Assembly: GCA_027623675.1 (NCBI GenBank)
Contig: JAQBVF010000008.1
Span: 32,001 to 96,000 of the forward strand
Source: Chloroflexota bacterium
GTDB lineage: Bacteria > Chloroflexota > Dehalococcoidia > Lucifugimonadales > UBA3495
Direction of reading: 5' to 3'
Length of the DNA: 64,000 nucleotides
The notes beneath the pieces were generated by a model that saw only the letters and a list, made by a program, of their open reading frames with translations, ran no database searches and was not told the DNA's origin. This document shows positions 48,960 through 58,860 of the stretch, piece by piece; position 1 is the stretch's first letter; each line of letters opens with the position of its first letter. The translations under genes and the position numbers were made by a program.

Positions 48960-49910
48960 CTAGCCGGTCACCAGGTTGGGGGTGACCTCTGCCGGCAATC
49001 CTGGGTGGCCGGTGAGCGCCTCGCCCTCGGCCAGCATCTCGCGTGCCCGCTTGCTCATCTCGGGCATAACAGCTTCGATCATGTCTTGGTCCAGGTCGGC
49101 TGCCACGCCCGGATATCCGGCGCGCTCAATCATCGGCCCCAATTTTTTGCGGTCGAATTTGTCCAACACCCAGCCAAGATAGTCGGTGACCAGGGTCTTG
49201 TCCCAGTAGATCCGGTGGTTCTTGTTGCGGGGACCATAGTGGTAGTGCGGGCCGTCCCAGAAGAGGTCGAAGGCCATGATCTCGGTCTCTTCGACGAAGG
49301 ACTTCTCGGTGCTGCCGCCGATGTCGGTTAAAACGTGGACTGCCAGACCGCCGTCGCCAACGGGCAGGCGGCGCATCTCCAGGCCAAACCGAATGTTGCC
49401 GGCCTCGAAGATATCGGTGCCCCGGTTATGCTTGACGGTATTCCTCTTGGCGGCGAACAGATCACGGGCTGATGCCTCTAGGCCCGGCAGGATCAGATCA
49501 ACTTCTTCCCGGTCCATCTTGTCGGCGATCTCAGGATAGCCGGCCCAATCAATCATCTCAGGAAGTTTGGCCCTGATGGTCTTGATCGTCCAACCGATGG
49601 GGTTGCCGTCGGTCGTCGGGTCCATGCGGTACAGTTTGCCAACGCCGTTGCTGGTAACGGCCCTGCCGCCGAGCATGGCGGGTCCGTCAATCTTCAGATC
49701 GGGGTTCTCGGGGCCGTAGATATAGCTCTTTTCAATGTCGAAACAATTGAAACGCAAAAGGGCGGTTTCCTCACCTGCGACATCCGCGGTGACCGTGATC
49801 GCGACACCCTGATCGGCGTGGTCTTGGATATTGCCGTCCCAGAGCTCATGCCTGACTGTGAACGTTAGGGGACCTGCTTCGAATCTGGTTTGAATTTCAG
49901 CTTGGACCAT
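48960..49910 (-). CDS. Hypothetical protein with an internal domain duplication
   Basis: Two homologous halves (FEAG...YxYGP...GW...MI..AGYP..A). Confidence 0.8.
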   Translation of the reverse strand: MVQAEIQTRFEAGPLTFTVRHELWDGNIQDHADQGVAITVTADVAGEETALLRFNCFDIEKSYIYGPENPDLKIDGPAMLGGRAVTSNGVGKLYRMDPTTDGNPIGWTIKTIRAKLPEMIDWAGYPEIADKMDREEVDLILPGLEASARDLFAAKRNTVKHNRGTDIFEAGNIRFGLEMRRLPVGDGGLAVHVLTDIGGSTEKSFVEETEIMAFDLFWDGPHYHYGPRNKNHRIYWDKTLVTDYLGWVLDKFDRKKLGPMIERAGYPGVAADLDQDMIEAVMPEMSKRAREMLAEGEALTGHPGLPAEVTPNLVTG

Positions 49911-50039
49911 TTCCTGGTGCACCTCTTTTAGAATTAGATCTGGACTATCTAAAACCGCTAAAACGGAGTTAGCAGCATACTAGCACAAATCTTGCCTATC
50001 TGGACATTTTTTGCTGCCCACAATGCCGCGAACTCGACT

Positions 50040-50279
50040 TTAGGCAGGCTTGATCAGGTCTGCCTGGTCTTCGTTCAGATTGAAGGTCCGGCCTAACCGG
50101 TCCCACCTGATCACCAGCCACTGCAATCTCCCCGCTTTGCGCTTGGCCGTAATCTCTCCCAGGTCCCCAGCCTCAACGCTGAACTTTCCGCTGCCGACCG
50201 GGGCGCCCATGCCCATCTGGACTTCGAATGTCTCGACCGCTTCAACCTTCGAACCGGCTTCCAATCCGTCCCAACTCAT
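50040..50279 (-). CDS. Small hypothetical protein (beta-rich, possibly SH3-like)
   Basis: 79-aa ORF with GGAG RBS. Confidence 0.6.
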   Translation of the reverse strand: MSWDGLEAGSKVEAVETFEVQMGMGAPVGSGKFSVEAGDLGEITAKRKAGRLQWLVIRWDRLGRTFNLNEDQADLIKPA

Positions 50280-50329
50280 AGCTTCTCCCGACATATACCC
50301 AAGATCCAAAGACTGCCCCAGGCACGGGC

Positions 50330-51373
50330 CTATCCCAGATTGGGGGCAACCTCTTGCATCATCAACCTAAGACTATTCAACTGACTCTCGAGAACGATCT
50401 TGTTGCCGAAATTGACCTCAAACATGATCTGGTCCAAGCCCAGTTCCCCGGCGAGGCCCTGCAACTTATCAGTCACCGCGCTGGGAGTGCCGTAGGCCAC
50501 TTTGTCCCGGAACCAGTCTTCGTAGGACATGTTCTTTACCGCCTCAGCCTCCTTGGCCCAGTTACCGGTGGTGCCGCCATACTCGGCATAACTGGCCACC
50601 CGGTCCGAGAGGCGACCCATGGAGAAAAGCGCGCTTTCCATCGGCTCGTCGTGCGCCCGCGCCGGGTCATCGGAGATAAATACCGGCACCCTAAGCCCCA
50701 CCTTGCCCCTTCCCATGTGTCCGGCATCCTTCCAGGCCTGGTGGTACTCCTCGATCTGCGGCTTGAGCCCGGCCAAAGTGAACACTCTGGACGGGTTGAT
50801 CAGGATGTCGTGGCCCATCCGGCCCGTGGTCGAGAAACTCTCAGCGGATGTCACGCCCACCCGCACCGGTGGATGTGGGCGCTGGTATGGTTTGGGTGTC
50901 ACCGTCAGGTCTTGCAGATTGTAGTACTCGCCCTCAAAGGAGAACGTCTCGTTGGTCCAGGCCTTGATGATGATCTCCAGACTCTCTTCGAACCGTCCTC
51001 GGCTCTCGGCGAAGGGCGAGTTAAATCCTTCATGAACATTGGGGAAGGTGCCGCGCCCGATGCCGAATTCCACCCGGCCTCCGCTGACCAGGTCCAGGGT
51101 GGCGATCTCCTCGGCCACGCGCACCGGGTTGGCCAGAGGAAGCAGGATCACCGCCGTGCCCAGTCTTATACGTTCGGTCCGGGCGGCGATGTTGCTCAAG
51201 ATCGTGATCGGCGCGGCCATGACGCGGCCCGGATTGAAGTGGTACTCAGCCAGCCAGAGCGAATCCACCCCCAGTTTCTCGGCCTCGTTTACCAGGTGCA
51301 TCGAGTCGTCAAAGGCGTCTTTCTCGGTCCCCCCATCCTGGACCGGAAACTCTAGGAACATTCCAAATTCCAT
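50330..51373 (-). CDS. LLM class flavin-dependent oxidoreductase
   Basis: WLAEYHF, RIRLGTAV, PVRVAEEIATLD..SGGR.EFGIGRG, PKPYQRPHPP. Confidence 0.92.
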   Translation of the reverse strand: MEFGMFLEFPVQDGGTEKDAFDDSMHLVNEAEKLGVDSLWLAEYHFNPGRVMAAPITILSNIAARTERIRLGTAVILLPLANPVRVAEEIATLDLVSGGRVEFGIGRGTFPNVHEGFNSPFAESRGRFEESLEIIIKAWTNETFSFEGEYYNLQDLTVTPKPYQRPHPPVRVGVTSAESFSTTGRMGHDILINPSRVFTLAGLKPQIEEYHQAWKDAGHMGRGKVGLRVPVFISDDPARAHDEPMESALFSMGRLSDRVASYAEYGGTTGNWAKEAEAVKNMSYEDWFRDKVAYGTPSAVTDKLQGLAGELGLDQIMFEVNFGNKIVLESQLNSLRLMMQEVAPNLG

Positions 51374-51579
51374 GGTAGCCTCTCTCGCCATTGCACGGCG
51401 GCCCGAACGGAGTCTCCGAATAAGGAGACCGGCGCTCATCTGAATGTTGAATATCGTAAATCAACGATCCGGGGGGGATGTTGGCATCGTGGGCGCTATG
51501 ATAGTACAGGCCCGTAGGTGGGCGTCAACCCACGACTGGCAGCCACACTCCCGGCCCGGTGACCAGGCTCGCGACCGGG

Positions 51580-52050
51580 CTAAGGCTCCAGGTATCCCAG
51601 CCGCATCCGGCGCGGGGCCGGGGCCAGACCAACCAGCAGATCCCGGACCTCTCGTGCGCTGTTCACCCGGAAAAGGTGGGTGGGGCAACGGCAGTCCGAC
51701 GAGCCGAACCCCGGCGCGGGCTGCGACACCCCTGCCGAAGCCGATGCCTTGTTGGCCCAAACGCACTCCCAGCGCTGACCGTCGGCCAACCGCCAGGCTT
51801 GGGTCCAGGGAACTTGGGCGCTCAGGTAGTCGGCGTGCCAGTGGAGCTTCTTATCGTGGCGAAGGTGCCGGGAGACGCGGGAGCGCAGTCCGCCCAGAGC
51901 GCTGCCGAAATAGATGTAGTGGCCCCGGGGAAAATCAACCAACCCCAACCTGCCGACCGCTATCTCGCGGCGGGACGGCAGATACAGCGCCAGGGCATAA
52001 CCACCGGTTATTCTCGGCTTCGATCTATGAGTTCTGGTGATAGCGGTCAT
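51580..52050 (-). CDS. GIY-YIG-like nuclease family protein (DUF123)
   Basis: GGYAL, GHYIYFGSA, R..RH, HWHADYL, GFGSSDCRCPTHL. Confidence 0.85.
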   Translation of the reverse strand: MTAITRTHRSKPRITGGYALALYLPSRREIAVGRLGLVDFPRGHYIYFGSALGGLRSRVSRHLRHDKKLHWHADYLSAQVPWTQAWRLADGQRWECVWANKASASAGVSQPAPGFGSSDCRCPTHLFRVNSAREVRDLLVGLAPAPRRMRLGYLEP

Positions 52051-52090
52051 TGGCTGCACCGGGAAGCGGCCCGGCGTTACGGCGCCTCCC

Positions 52091-53146
52091 CTATCGTTGC
52101 GGTTGCAGAATCACCTTCAACGAGGTCTGGGCTTCCGCCGTCAGCTTGAACCCCAAGCCCGCTTCGTCCAATCCCAGCCGGTGGCTGATCATCTGATCGA
52201 CCTGTACCCGGCCCGAAGCGATCATCGCCAGGGCTGTTTCCAGGTCGCCGGGCGCGCCGGCGTAGGTGGTGGTCAGGGTGGCGTCGTTCCGGAAAAACAG
52301 GTCGTTCACCGGAACGTTGATGCTGACGCCCGGCTCGGTGGGAGCGAAGAACAATACCGTGCCGCCCCGGTCCACCGAGTCCAGTCCCTGCTGCAAAGCC
52401 GGGGGCGCCCCGGTGCAGACGATGACCAGTTCGGCCAAGCGGCCATCGTTCACCTCGCGCAGGCGGGCCGGGATGTCATCGGTGGCCATGAAGGTGAAGT
52501 CGGCGCCCAGCTTCCTGGCGGCATCCAGCCGGTCCGGTACCATGTCCGTGGCGATGATCCGCCCGGCGCCCAGCGCTCTCGCCAGGTTGATGTGCAGCAG
52601 CCCGGCCAGCCCGCTGCCAAGCACGATAACCGTCTGTCCTGGTTGTATGTTGGCCCGCTTCTGACCCCGGTACACACAGGACAATGGCTCGGCGAACGAG
52701 GCCGCATCGAATGCCAGACCGTCCGGTATGGCGAATACGCCCCGGTCCACATTGATTGCCGGCACCCGCACGTACTCGGAGAAGCCGCCGGGATCGAAGG
52801 TGGTCTCCCGCAGGGTGTCGCAGACCGTGTGATGACCGCTAAGGCAGTAGTGACAGGAGTTGCAGGGCACGTGATGGGTGACGATCACCCGGTCTCCCTC
52901 TTTGAACCGTATCTCGCCGTACGGGCCGGGACCGGACCCAGTCTTCACCACGGTGCCCGAGACCTCGTGGCCCAGGACCATGGGCGCCCGCTGGATGCGG
53001 TACCATTCCATGACATCGCTGCCGCAGATGCCGCTGGCCTCCACCTTTATCAGCAACTCGCCGGGGCCGATCTCGGGCACCGGCACATCCTCGACGCGCA
53101 CGTCGTGGTTGTTGTAATACATCGCCACTCGCATGTTAGCTGTCAC
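52091..53146 (-). CDS. Zinc-dependent (sugar) alcohol dehydrogenase
   Basis: GICGSD, LGHE, CNSCHYC.......C, EPLSC, GSGLAG. Confidence 0.92.
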   Translation of the reverse strand: MTANMRVAMYYNNHDVRVEDVPVPEIGPGELLIKVEASGICGSDVMEWYRIQRAPMVLGHEVSGTVVKTGSGPGPYGEIRFKEGDRVIVTHHVPCNSCHYCLSGHHTVCDTLRETTFDPGGFSEYVRVPAINVDRGVFAIPDGLAFDAASFAEPLSCVYRGQKRANIQPGQTVIVLGSGLAGLLHINLARALGAGRIIATDMVPDRLDAARKLGADFTFMATDDIPARLREVNDGRLAELVIVCTGAPPALQQGLDSVDRGGTVLFFAPTEPGVSINVPVNDLFFRNDATLTTTYAGAPGDLETALAMIASGRVQVDQMISHRLGLDEAGLGFKLTAEAQTSLKVILQPQR

Positions 53147-53210
53147 TTCCTGATGGTTGATTGGCCTTGCCTGCCGGGGCTATAGTGCGGCCGGCACGCT
53201 TTGCACTACC

Positions 53211-53478
53211 CCCGCTCATGGTGAGCCTGTTTTTCAGCACATGGACTTACCGTCCCCACCCGCTCATCCCGAGCCTATCGAAGGACCCGTTCTGCCAGAG
53301 CACTTATCGTTGAGCATCACGGCCTACCCCAACCCGTGGTTCGACATGCTAACCATGAGCGGACTATTGCGAACCTGTTCTTCAGGACGAGGACTTACCG
53401 TCCCCACCCGCTCATCCTGAGCATGTCGAAGGACCCGTTCTGCGCAAGATCGGTTCGCCGGGGCTCACCACGAGCGGG
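53211..53478. repeat. REP/BIME-like cluster of palindromic units
   Basis: cccgctcatcctgagcatgtcgaagga-type units and inverted ggttcgacatgctaaccatgagcgg units; 53-bp direct repeat at 53243 and 53391. Confidence 0.8.
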
Positions 53479-53528
53479 TGGCGGTTACGGCAAGTTGACC
53501 CAAACCAACATCCCGCGGAGCAAAAACC

Positions 53529-54344
53529 CTACGCCGGGACCGTGGCCGCCACACCGTTGCTGGCCTTGGCGCTGTCGAAGACCTCCTGGGCCTCCGCCAC
53601 CGACGCACCCTCATGGACGATCTGGCGCAGCGCCCGGATCATGGGCACCGGGTAATCGCTCTGCCAGATGTTCCGGCCCAGGTTGATGCCGATGGAGCCC
53701 TTGTCCATGCCGTCCTTGACGAACTCCAAAACCTCGCGCTCGGTGTCGGCCTGGGGCCCGCCGGCCATGACCACCGGAACCGGGCACCCGCTGGTCACCT
53801 TGTCGAACTCCTCGCACCAATAAGTCTTGACCACCTTGGCGCCCAGTTCGGCGCAGATGCGGCTGCATAGAGCCAGGTAGCGCGCGTCCCGCTTCTCAAG
53901 CTCCTTGCCCACGGCGGTTACGGCCATGACCGGGATCCCGTATCTCTCGCCCTCGTCCACCAATCTGCCCAGGTTGAGCAGGGACTCTTTCTCGTATTCG
54001 GTGCCGATGAAGACCGAGATGCCAACCGCCGTGGCGTTGATGCGCACCGCGTCTTCCATGGAGGTGGTCAGGCCCTCGTTGGCCAGGTCGGGACCCACCA
54101 TGCTGGTTCCACCCGAAACTCTCAGGATGATCGGCTGGTCGATGGCCGGGTCGATAACCGCGCGCACCACCCCGCGGGTGGCGAATACGGCGTCGGAGTA
54201 TGGAAGGAGGGGCTTGATGGTCTCGCCCGGCTGCTCCAGCATGTGGGTCGGGCCTTGGAAATAGCCGTGGTCGATGGGCAGGAACATGCAGTGCCCATCG
54301 GGTTGAATCAGCCGAGCCATTCGGTTTGCCATTCCCCAGTCCAT
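53529..54344 (-). CDS. lsrF: LsrF-like class I aldolase/thiolase (DhnA family)
   Basis: MDWGM.NR, DHGYFQGP, RDARYL, ELGAKVVKTY, AGGP, GRNIWQS. Confidence 0.85.
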   Translation of the reverse strand: MDWGMANRMARLIQPDGHCMFLPIDHGYFQGPTHMLEQPGETIKPLLPYSDAVFATRGVVRAVIDPAIDQPIILRVSGGTSMVGPDLANEGLTTSMEDAVRINATAVGISVFIGTEYEKESLLNLGRLVDEGERYGIPVMAVTAVGKELEKRDARYLALCSRICAELGAKVVKTYWCEEFDKVTSGCPVPVVMAGGPQADTEREVLEFVKDGMDKGSIGINLGRNIWQSDYPVPMIRALRQIVHEGASVAEAQEVFDSAKASNGVAATVPA

Positions 54345-54548
54345 ATCGAAACCTCTCATCATTTAGGTGTGATTTAGGTGTGCGCACGTGATATTTGAGT
54401 GCGCCCATGCATCAGCGTCTTGGGAAGCCGATTTCCCCGTCCGTGCGATGTCGTGCGATGTTATGTAGACCGCAGCGTCGGGGACATTATCTCCGCTGGA
54501 AGGCCTGGTAACAAGGCGAAATCCAGCCGGGGCCGCCCTATGTTGCCT

Positions 54549-55397
54549 TTATCTGCCAGGCTCCCAGGTGATGAGCACCTGGCGCACGTCGGGCAGCCAT
54601 TGGGGGATGAACCCATCGGCGTCATGCTCGAACAGGCCGTCGAAATTCTCCAGTATCACTTTCTCAGCCCGGTCCCGGTGCTGGGGCGCCAGCCAGATGC
54701 CGGCCAAAGCCATCTCGACCGCGTCAGCCTTACTCTGAGGAAAGGCCGGTTTCTGCGGCACGCCGTTGAACCTGGTCCCCTGTGGCAGGAACCGGACGTC
54801 GGGGAGGACGCCCAACTCCCAGAGCGCCGGCAGCAGTTGGGCGTGGCCGGGCACCAGGGCCTGGTCCTCGCCGTAGACCATCTTGAACAAAACGGCGTTG
54901 TGCATCGGGTTGGCAACGCTCCAAACTGAGATGATCACCCGGCGGCGGGCGGCGGCCTCCAACTTGGCCACGAACCGGGCGATGTCGCGGACAAAATAGG
55001 TCACATTGGCGGCATGTACCACGTCTCCTTCCACGCCATCAGCGTCCAGCCAGTCAGCCAAGACGAACCTGGCGTTGGCGATTCCAGACTCTGCCACGCA
55101 ATCCTCGAATTCCTGCCCCATGCCCGGCGAAGGGTCAACGTTGATCACCTCGCGACAGCGGTACGACATGGGCAGGCTCAACCGGCCCGCGCCCCCGCCG
55201 GCGTCCACGAACACATCGCCGGGCCTCACGAAGGCGGCCATCGTTTCGTAGTCATCATCCAACTGACGCTTGGGGTCGGCTCGGAACCGTCTGGCGTTCG
55301 CCCCACCCCAAAAGTCGGAAGCAACCGGCCCCTGAAGCCGTTCCCTCTGGGCCCCAACCTGGTCGATCAAGGCGGCGTAATCTTCAACTGCGCCCAT
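54549..55397 (-). CDS. Class I SAM-dependent methyltransferase
   Basis: VDAGGGAGR, VDPSPGM. Confidence 0.8.
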   Translation of the reverse strand: MGAVEDYAALIDQVGAQRERLQGPVASDFWGGANARRFRADPKRQLDDDYETMAAFVRPGDVFVDAGGGAGRLSLPMSYRCREVINVDPSPGMGQEFEDCVAESGIANARFVLADWLDADGVEGDVVHAANVTYFVRDIARFVAKLEAAARRRVIISVWSVANPMHNAVLFKMVYGEDQALVPGHAQLLPALWELGVLPDVRFLPQGTRFNGVPQKPAFPQSKADAVEMALAGIWLAPQHRDRAEKVILENFDGLFEHDADGFIPQWLPDVRQVLITWEPGR

Positions 55398-55561
55398 CAG
55401 TCCTCTCGTAAGTCTCTCGATTCATCGTTCCCCAGGCCGACGGCCCGCATGCCCGGTATTATCCTCACGTCATCCCCTCAATACAAGGAAGGCCGATAAC
55501 ACGGATCCGTCGCCGACGCCCCGATATCCTCCGATTGCTGTGCATCGTTGTCCCTGCGTTC

Positions 55562-55590
55562 TTGACACTGCCATGGCCCTCTGTTACAAA
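55562..55590 (+). promoter_or_regulatory. Sigma70-type promoter of the dioxygenase pair
   Basis: TTGACA-N17-TACAAA with TG extension. Confidence 0.6.
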
Positions 55591-55612
55591 CAAGCAAATT
55601 CGCGATACTGAT

Positions 55613-55651
55613 CATCACCGGGTAGCATCACCGGGTAGCGTCACTGGATAG
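55613..55651. repeat. 13-bp tandem repeat x3 (catcaccgggtag) in the leader
   Basis: Units start at 55613, 55626 and 55639. Confidence 0.75.
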
Positions 55652-55690
55652 CATTCGATTCAACCGTGGACGGCTATCAGGAGGCCAATC

Positions 55691-56755
55691 ATGGGCGAGA
55701 TTCTAGGCGTCGGCACCACCCATTACCCTCCGCTGATCAACCCCGATGAGGACCGCATCTTCCCTCTGACCCGCACCCTGCGGAACAACGACAAGGTGCC
55801 AGAGGAGATGAAGCTCCCCACCAATTGGCCCGAGCCCATGCGCGTGGAGTTCGGCGAGGACGAGGGGTTCAAGTCGGCCCAGGAACACCGGAAGCGGCTG
55901 GTCGCTGCCTTTCGGGAGATTCGCACGGCCATCGACGGATTCCAACCCGACCTCGTCCTCATCTGGGGCGACGACCAATACGAGAACTTCAAAGAAGACA
56001 TCATCCCCGCGTTCTGCGTGCTGGCCTACGACCGGTTCGAGGGCGCGCCCTTCACCAACCGGGATGGCAGTTACCGGCGCAACGTTTGGGATGAGCCACA
56101 GGAAAAGAGCTTCATCTACCGGGGCGCACCCCAGGCGGGCCGTGCCCTGGCCAGCGGTCTCATCAATGAGGGGTTCGATATCGCCTACTCCTACAAGCCC
56201 CTCCACGAGAAGGGCCTGGGCCACGCCTTCTTGAACACCCTGCTATACCTGGACTACGACCGCAAGGGCTTCGATTATCCCGTCCTGCCCATCGCCGTCA
56301 ACTGCTACGGCAGCAGCGTGATTCGCAACCGGGGCGGCACCATCACCCAGAAAGTGAACGGAGTTGACCTGCCCTTCGACCCGCCCGGACCGTCTCCCAA
56401 GCGCTGCATGGAGTTGGGCGCCGCCACCGCCAGGGTGATGCGAGACAGTCCCTACAGGATCGCCCTAGTGGCCTCGTCCAGTTGGTCCCACGCCTTCCTC
56501 ACCCCCAAGAATCACTGGCTCTGGCCTGACCTGGAATCGGACCACGCCCGGTTCGAGGAACTGCGCGACGGCGACTACGACGCCTGGAAGCGGATCTCCA
56601 CCGGCCAGATCGAGGATGCCGGCCAGCAGGAGATGCTCAACTGGATGTGCCTGGCCGGGGCCATGCAGGAGCTGGGCCGCAAGCCGGAGATCCTCGATTA
56701 CGTCGAGACCTATGTCTTCAATTCCAACAAGTGCCTGGCGCTGTTCAGTCCGTAA
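55691..56755 (+). CDS. Extradiol ring-cleavage dioxygenase (LigB-like), copy 1
   Basis: GTTHYP, GDDQYENF, GHAF, SSSWSH, GQQEMLNW. Confidence 0.8.
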   Translation: MGEILGVGTTHYPPLINPDEDRIFPLTRTLRNNDKVPEEMKLPTNWPEPMRVEFGEDEGFKSAQEHRKRLVAAFREIRTAIDGFQPDLVLIWGDDQYENFKEDIIPAFCVLAYDRFEGAPFTNRDGSYRRNVWDEPQEKSFIYRGAPQAGRALASGLINEGFDIAYSYKPLHEKGLGHAFLNTLLYLDYDRKGFDYPVLPIAVNCYGSSVIRNRGGTITQKVNGVDLPFDPPGPSPKRCMELGAATARVMRDSPYRIALVASSSWSHAFLTPKNHWLWPDLESDHARFEELRDGDYDAWKRISTGQIEDAGQQEMLNWMCLAGAMQELGRKPEILDYVETYVFNSNKCLALFSP

Positions 56756-56786
56756 CCGGCCAATAACTAAATACCGGAGTAACAAC

Positions 56787-57848
56787 ATGGCAGAGATACT
56801 CGGAGTCGGGCTAACCCACTCCCCTTCGATCATCGTCCCCGATGAATTGAAGCAATACTCGCTAACCCGCGCCCTAAAAAGCAACGACCGCATTCCCGCC
56901 GAACAGAAGGACCCAACTTCCTGGCCCGAACCCATGCGGGCCGAATGGGGCGACGATGAGGGCTACACCGCAGCGAAGATTCAGCGCGAAAAGATCGCCA
57001 ACGGCTTCCGGAGGCTCCGGGCCGAGATCGACGCCTTTAACCCGGACGTTGTCCTGGTCTGGGGCGACGACCAGTACGAGAACTTCAAAGAGGACATCAT
57101 CCCCGCGTTCTGCATCCTGGCCTATGACGGCTTCGAGTGCCGGCCCATGGCCGGCCGGGACGGCGGCCAACGCCCCAACATCTGGGACGAGCCGGCCGGC
57201 AAGGTCTTCAACTACCGGGGGCACGAGTCCAGCCGCTACCTGGCCAGCGCCCTGCTGGAAGACGGGTTCGACATCGCCTACTCTTACAAGCCCCTCCACG
57301 AGCCGGGTCTGGGCCACGCCTTCGTGAACACCCTGCTCTACCTGGACTATGACCGGAAGGGATTCGATTACCCGGTGATTCCCTTCTCAGTGAACTGTTA
57401 CGGCAGCAGCATCATTCGCAACCGCGGCGGGTCCATCACCCAACAAGTGAACGGCGTCGATCTTCCCTTCGATCCGCCCGGCCCTTCGCCCAAACGGTGC
57501 ATGGAACTGGGCGCGGCCACGGCCCGGGCGCTCCAGGCCAGCCCTTGGCGCGTTGCCCTGGTGGCGTCGTCTAGCTGGTCCCACGCCTTCCTCACCCCCA
57601 AGAACCACTGGCTCTACCCCGATGTGGAGTCGGACCTGGCCCGCTTCAACGAACTGAAGGCCGGGAATTACGAGGCCTGGCGGAACATCCCCAACAGCCA
57701 GATCGAGGACGCCGGACAACAGGAGATGCTGAACTGGATGTGCCTGGCCGGGGCCATGTCGGAGTTAGACCGCAAGCCCGAGATAATCGAGTTTCTGCAG
57801 ACCTATATCTTCAACTCCAGCAAATGCTTGGCGGTGATGAAGCCGTAA
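56787..57848 (+). CDS. Extradiol ring-cleavage dioxygenase (LigB-like), copy 2
   Basis: Close paralog of the previous gene; GGAG RBS. Confidence 0.8.
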   Translation: MAEILGVGLTHSPSIIVPDELKQYSLTRALKSNDRIPAEQKDPTSWPEPMRAEWGDDEGYTAAKIQREKIANGFRRLRAEIDAFNPDVVLVWGDDQYENFKEDIIPAFCILAYDGFECRPMAGRDGGQRPNIWDEPAGKVFNYRGHESSRYLASALLEDGFDIAYSYKPLHEPGLGHAFVNTLLYLDYDRKGFDYPVIPFSVNCYGSSIIRNRGGSITQQVNGVDLPFDPPGPSPKRCMELGAATARALQASPWRVALVASSSWSHAFLTPKNHWLYPDVESDLARFNELKAGNYEAWRNIPNSQIEDAGQQEMLNWMCLAGAMSELDRKPEIIEFLQTYIFNSSKCLAVMKP

Positions 57849-58094
57849 CCCAGAGGGACGGTACCGGAAGCAGTTCTTCCCAGCCGAGGGCCAGGTGCTT
57901 TACCGCGTGGCCGACTGCCCGGTGAACCGGTGGGTGGCTCTCGGCCGACGCCGGATTTTGAAGCACTTTGAAGCCGATCACCTGTCAAGATAGATGGACA
58001 ACACCAAGGCCGAGGGATTCGCCGTAGACCGGTTGAATGAACAGAGCATGGAAGGCGGTCCCGAGTTCCTGGCCGGCACGGTCTCTGGCGACGA

Positions 58095-58832
58095 CTAGGC
58101 CTCTGCCCCCGCCACTCCAACAAACAGCCACGACCCGTAGCCGCCCTCGTTGGGCGGCAGGGGTCTGAGTTCCACCGCGAACCCCGCATCTTCCATCAGG
58201 CTGGCCCAGGTGTTGATGGCGAATAGGCCGGTGATGTGGCGATCGGTCTCCACCGTGGTTTCTCCGCCCTGGGTGATGGTGTAGGTGTAGGTCGATTCCA
58301 CCTGCGTGTCGGCGGGGTCAGGGTCCAGCATCACCTCTTCAATCTTGACCGTTATGTCATCTCGATGTCGGTCCCAGGTGTAGACCCAGCCATCGGGGAA
58401 AGTCTCCACGACCCAGTCAGGCGCCACTAGGAACACCCCGCCGGGCCGCAGATGCGCCGCAGCCGTCTGAAACGTCTCTTTCAGGTCCTCCTCGGTCAGG
58501 AGATAGGAGGCGGCGTCATGCACCAAGATAGCGTCGAATGTCCGGCCCAGGCGCACCTTTCGCATGTCGCCCACATGATGCTCGATGCCAGGGTTCAGAG
58601 CTTGAGATAGCGCTACCATGTGCGGCGATAGGTCAACGGCCGTACAGTCGAAGTTGGGGGCCAGGTGGAAAAGGTTATGCCCGCCGCCCACGCCAAGCTC
58701 CAGCAAGGTGTGACGCCCAGCGCCCAGCCGCTCGCGGATTACGTCCCCTAAGAACGCCGCTTCGTCGCCGTACTCGTCGGGCGGACTGATGATCGGCCAA
58801 AGATATGACAGGTCGGAGTAGAGTCGGTTCAT
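58095..58832 (-). CDS. Class I SAM-dependent methyltransferase
   Basis: LLELGVGGG, VDLSPHM, GDMR, HLRPGG. Confidence 0.9.
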   Translation of the reverse strand: MNRLYSDLSYLWPIISPPDEYGDEAAFLGDVIRERLGAGRHTLLELGVGGGHNLFHLAPNFDCTAVDLSPHMVALSQALNPGIEHHVGDMRKVRLGRTFDAILVHDAASYLLTEEDLKETFQTAAAHLRPGGVFLVAPDWVVETFPDGWVYTWDRHRDDITVKIEEVMLDPDPADTQVESTYTYTITQGGETTVETDRHITGLFAINTWASLMEDAGFAVELRPLPPNEGGYGSWLFVGVAGAEA

Positions 58833-58860
58833 GGTATCGCCAGGAGGTTGATGATCGGAC

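Noticed and set aside
51580..52050. GIY-YIG gene as a homing endonuclease or mobiliser of the nearby REP cluster
   Set aside because: It is DUF123-type, not within an intron, and separated from the repeats by a full gene.
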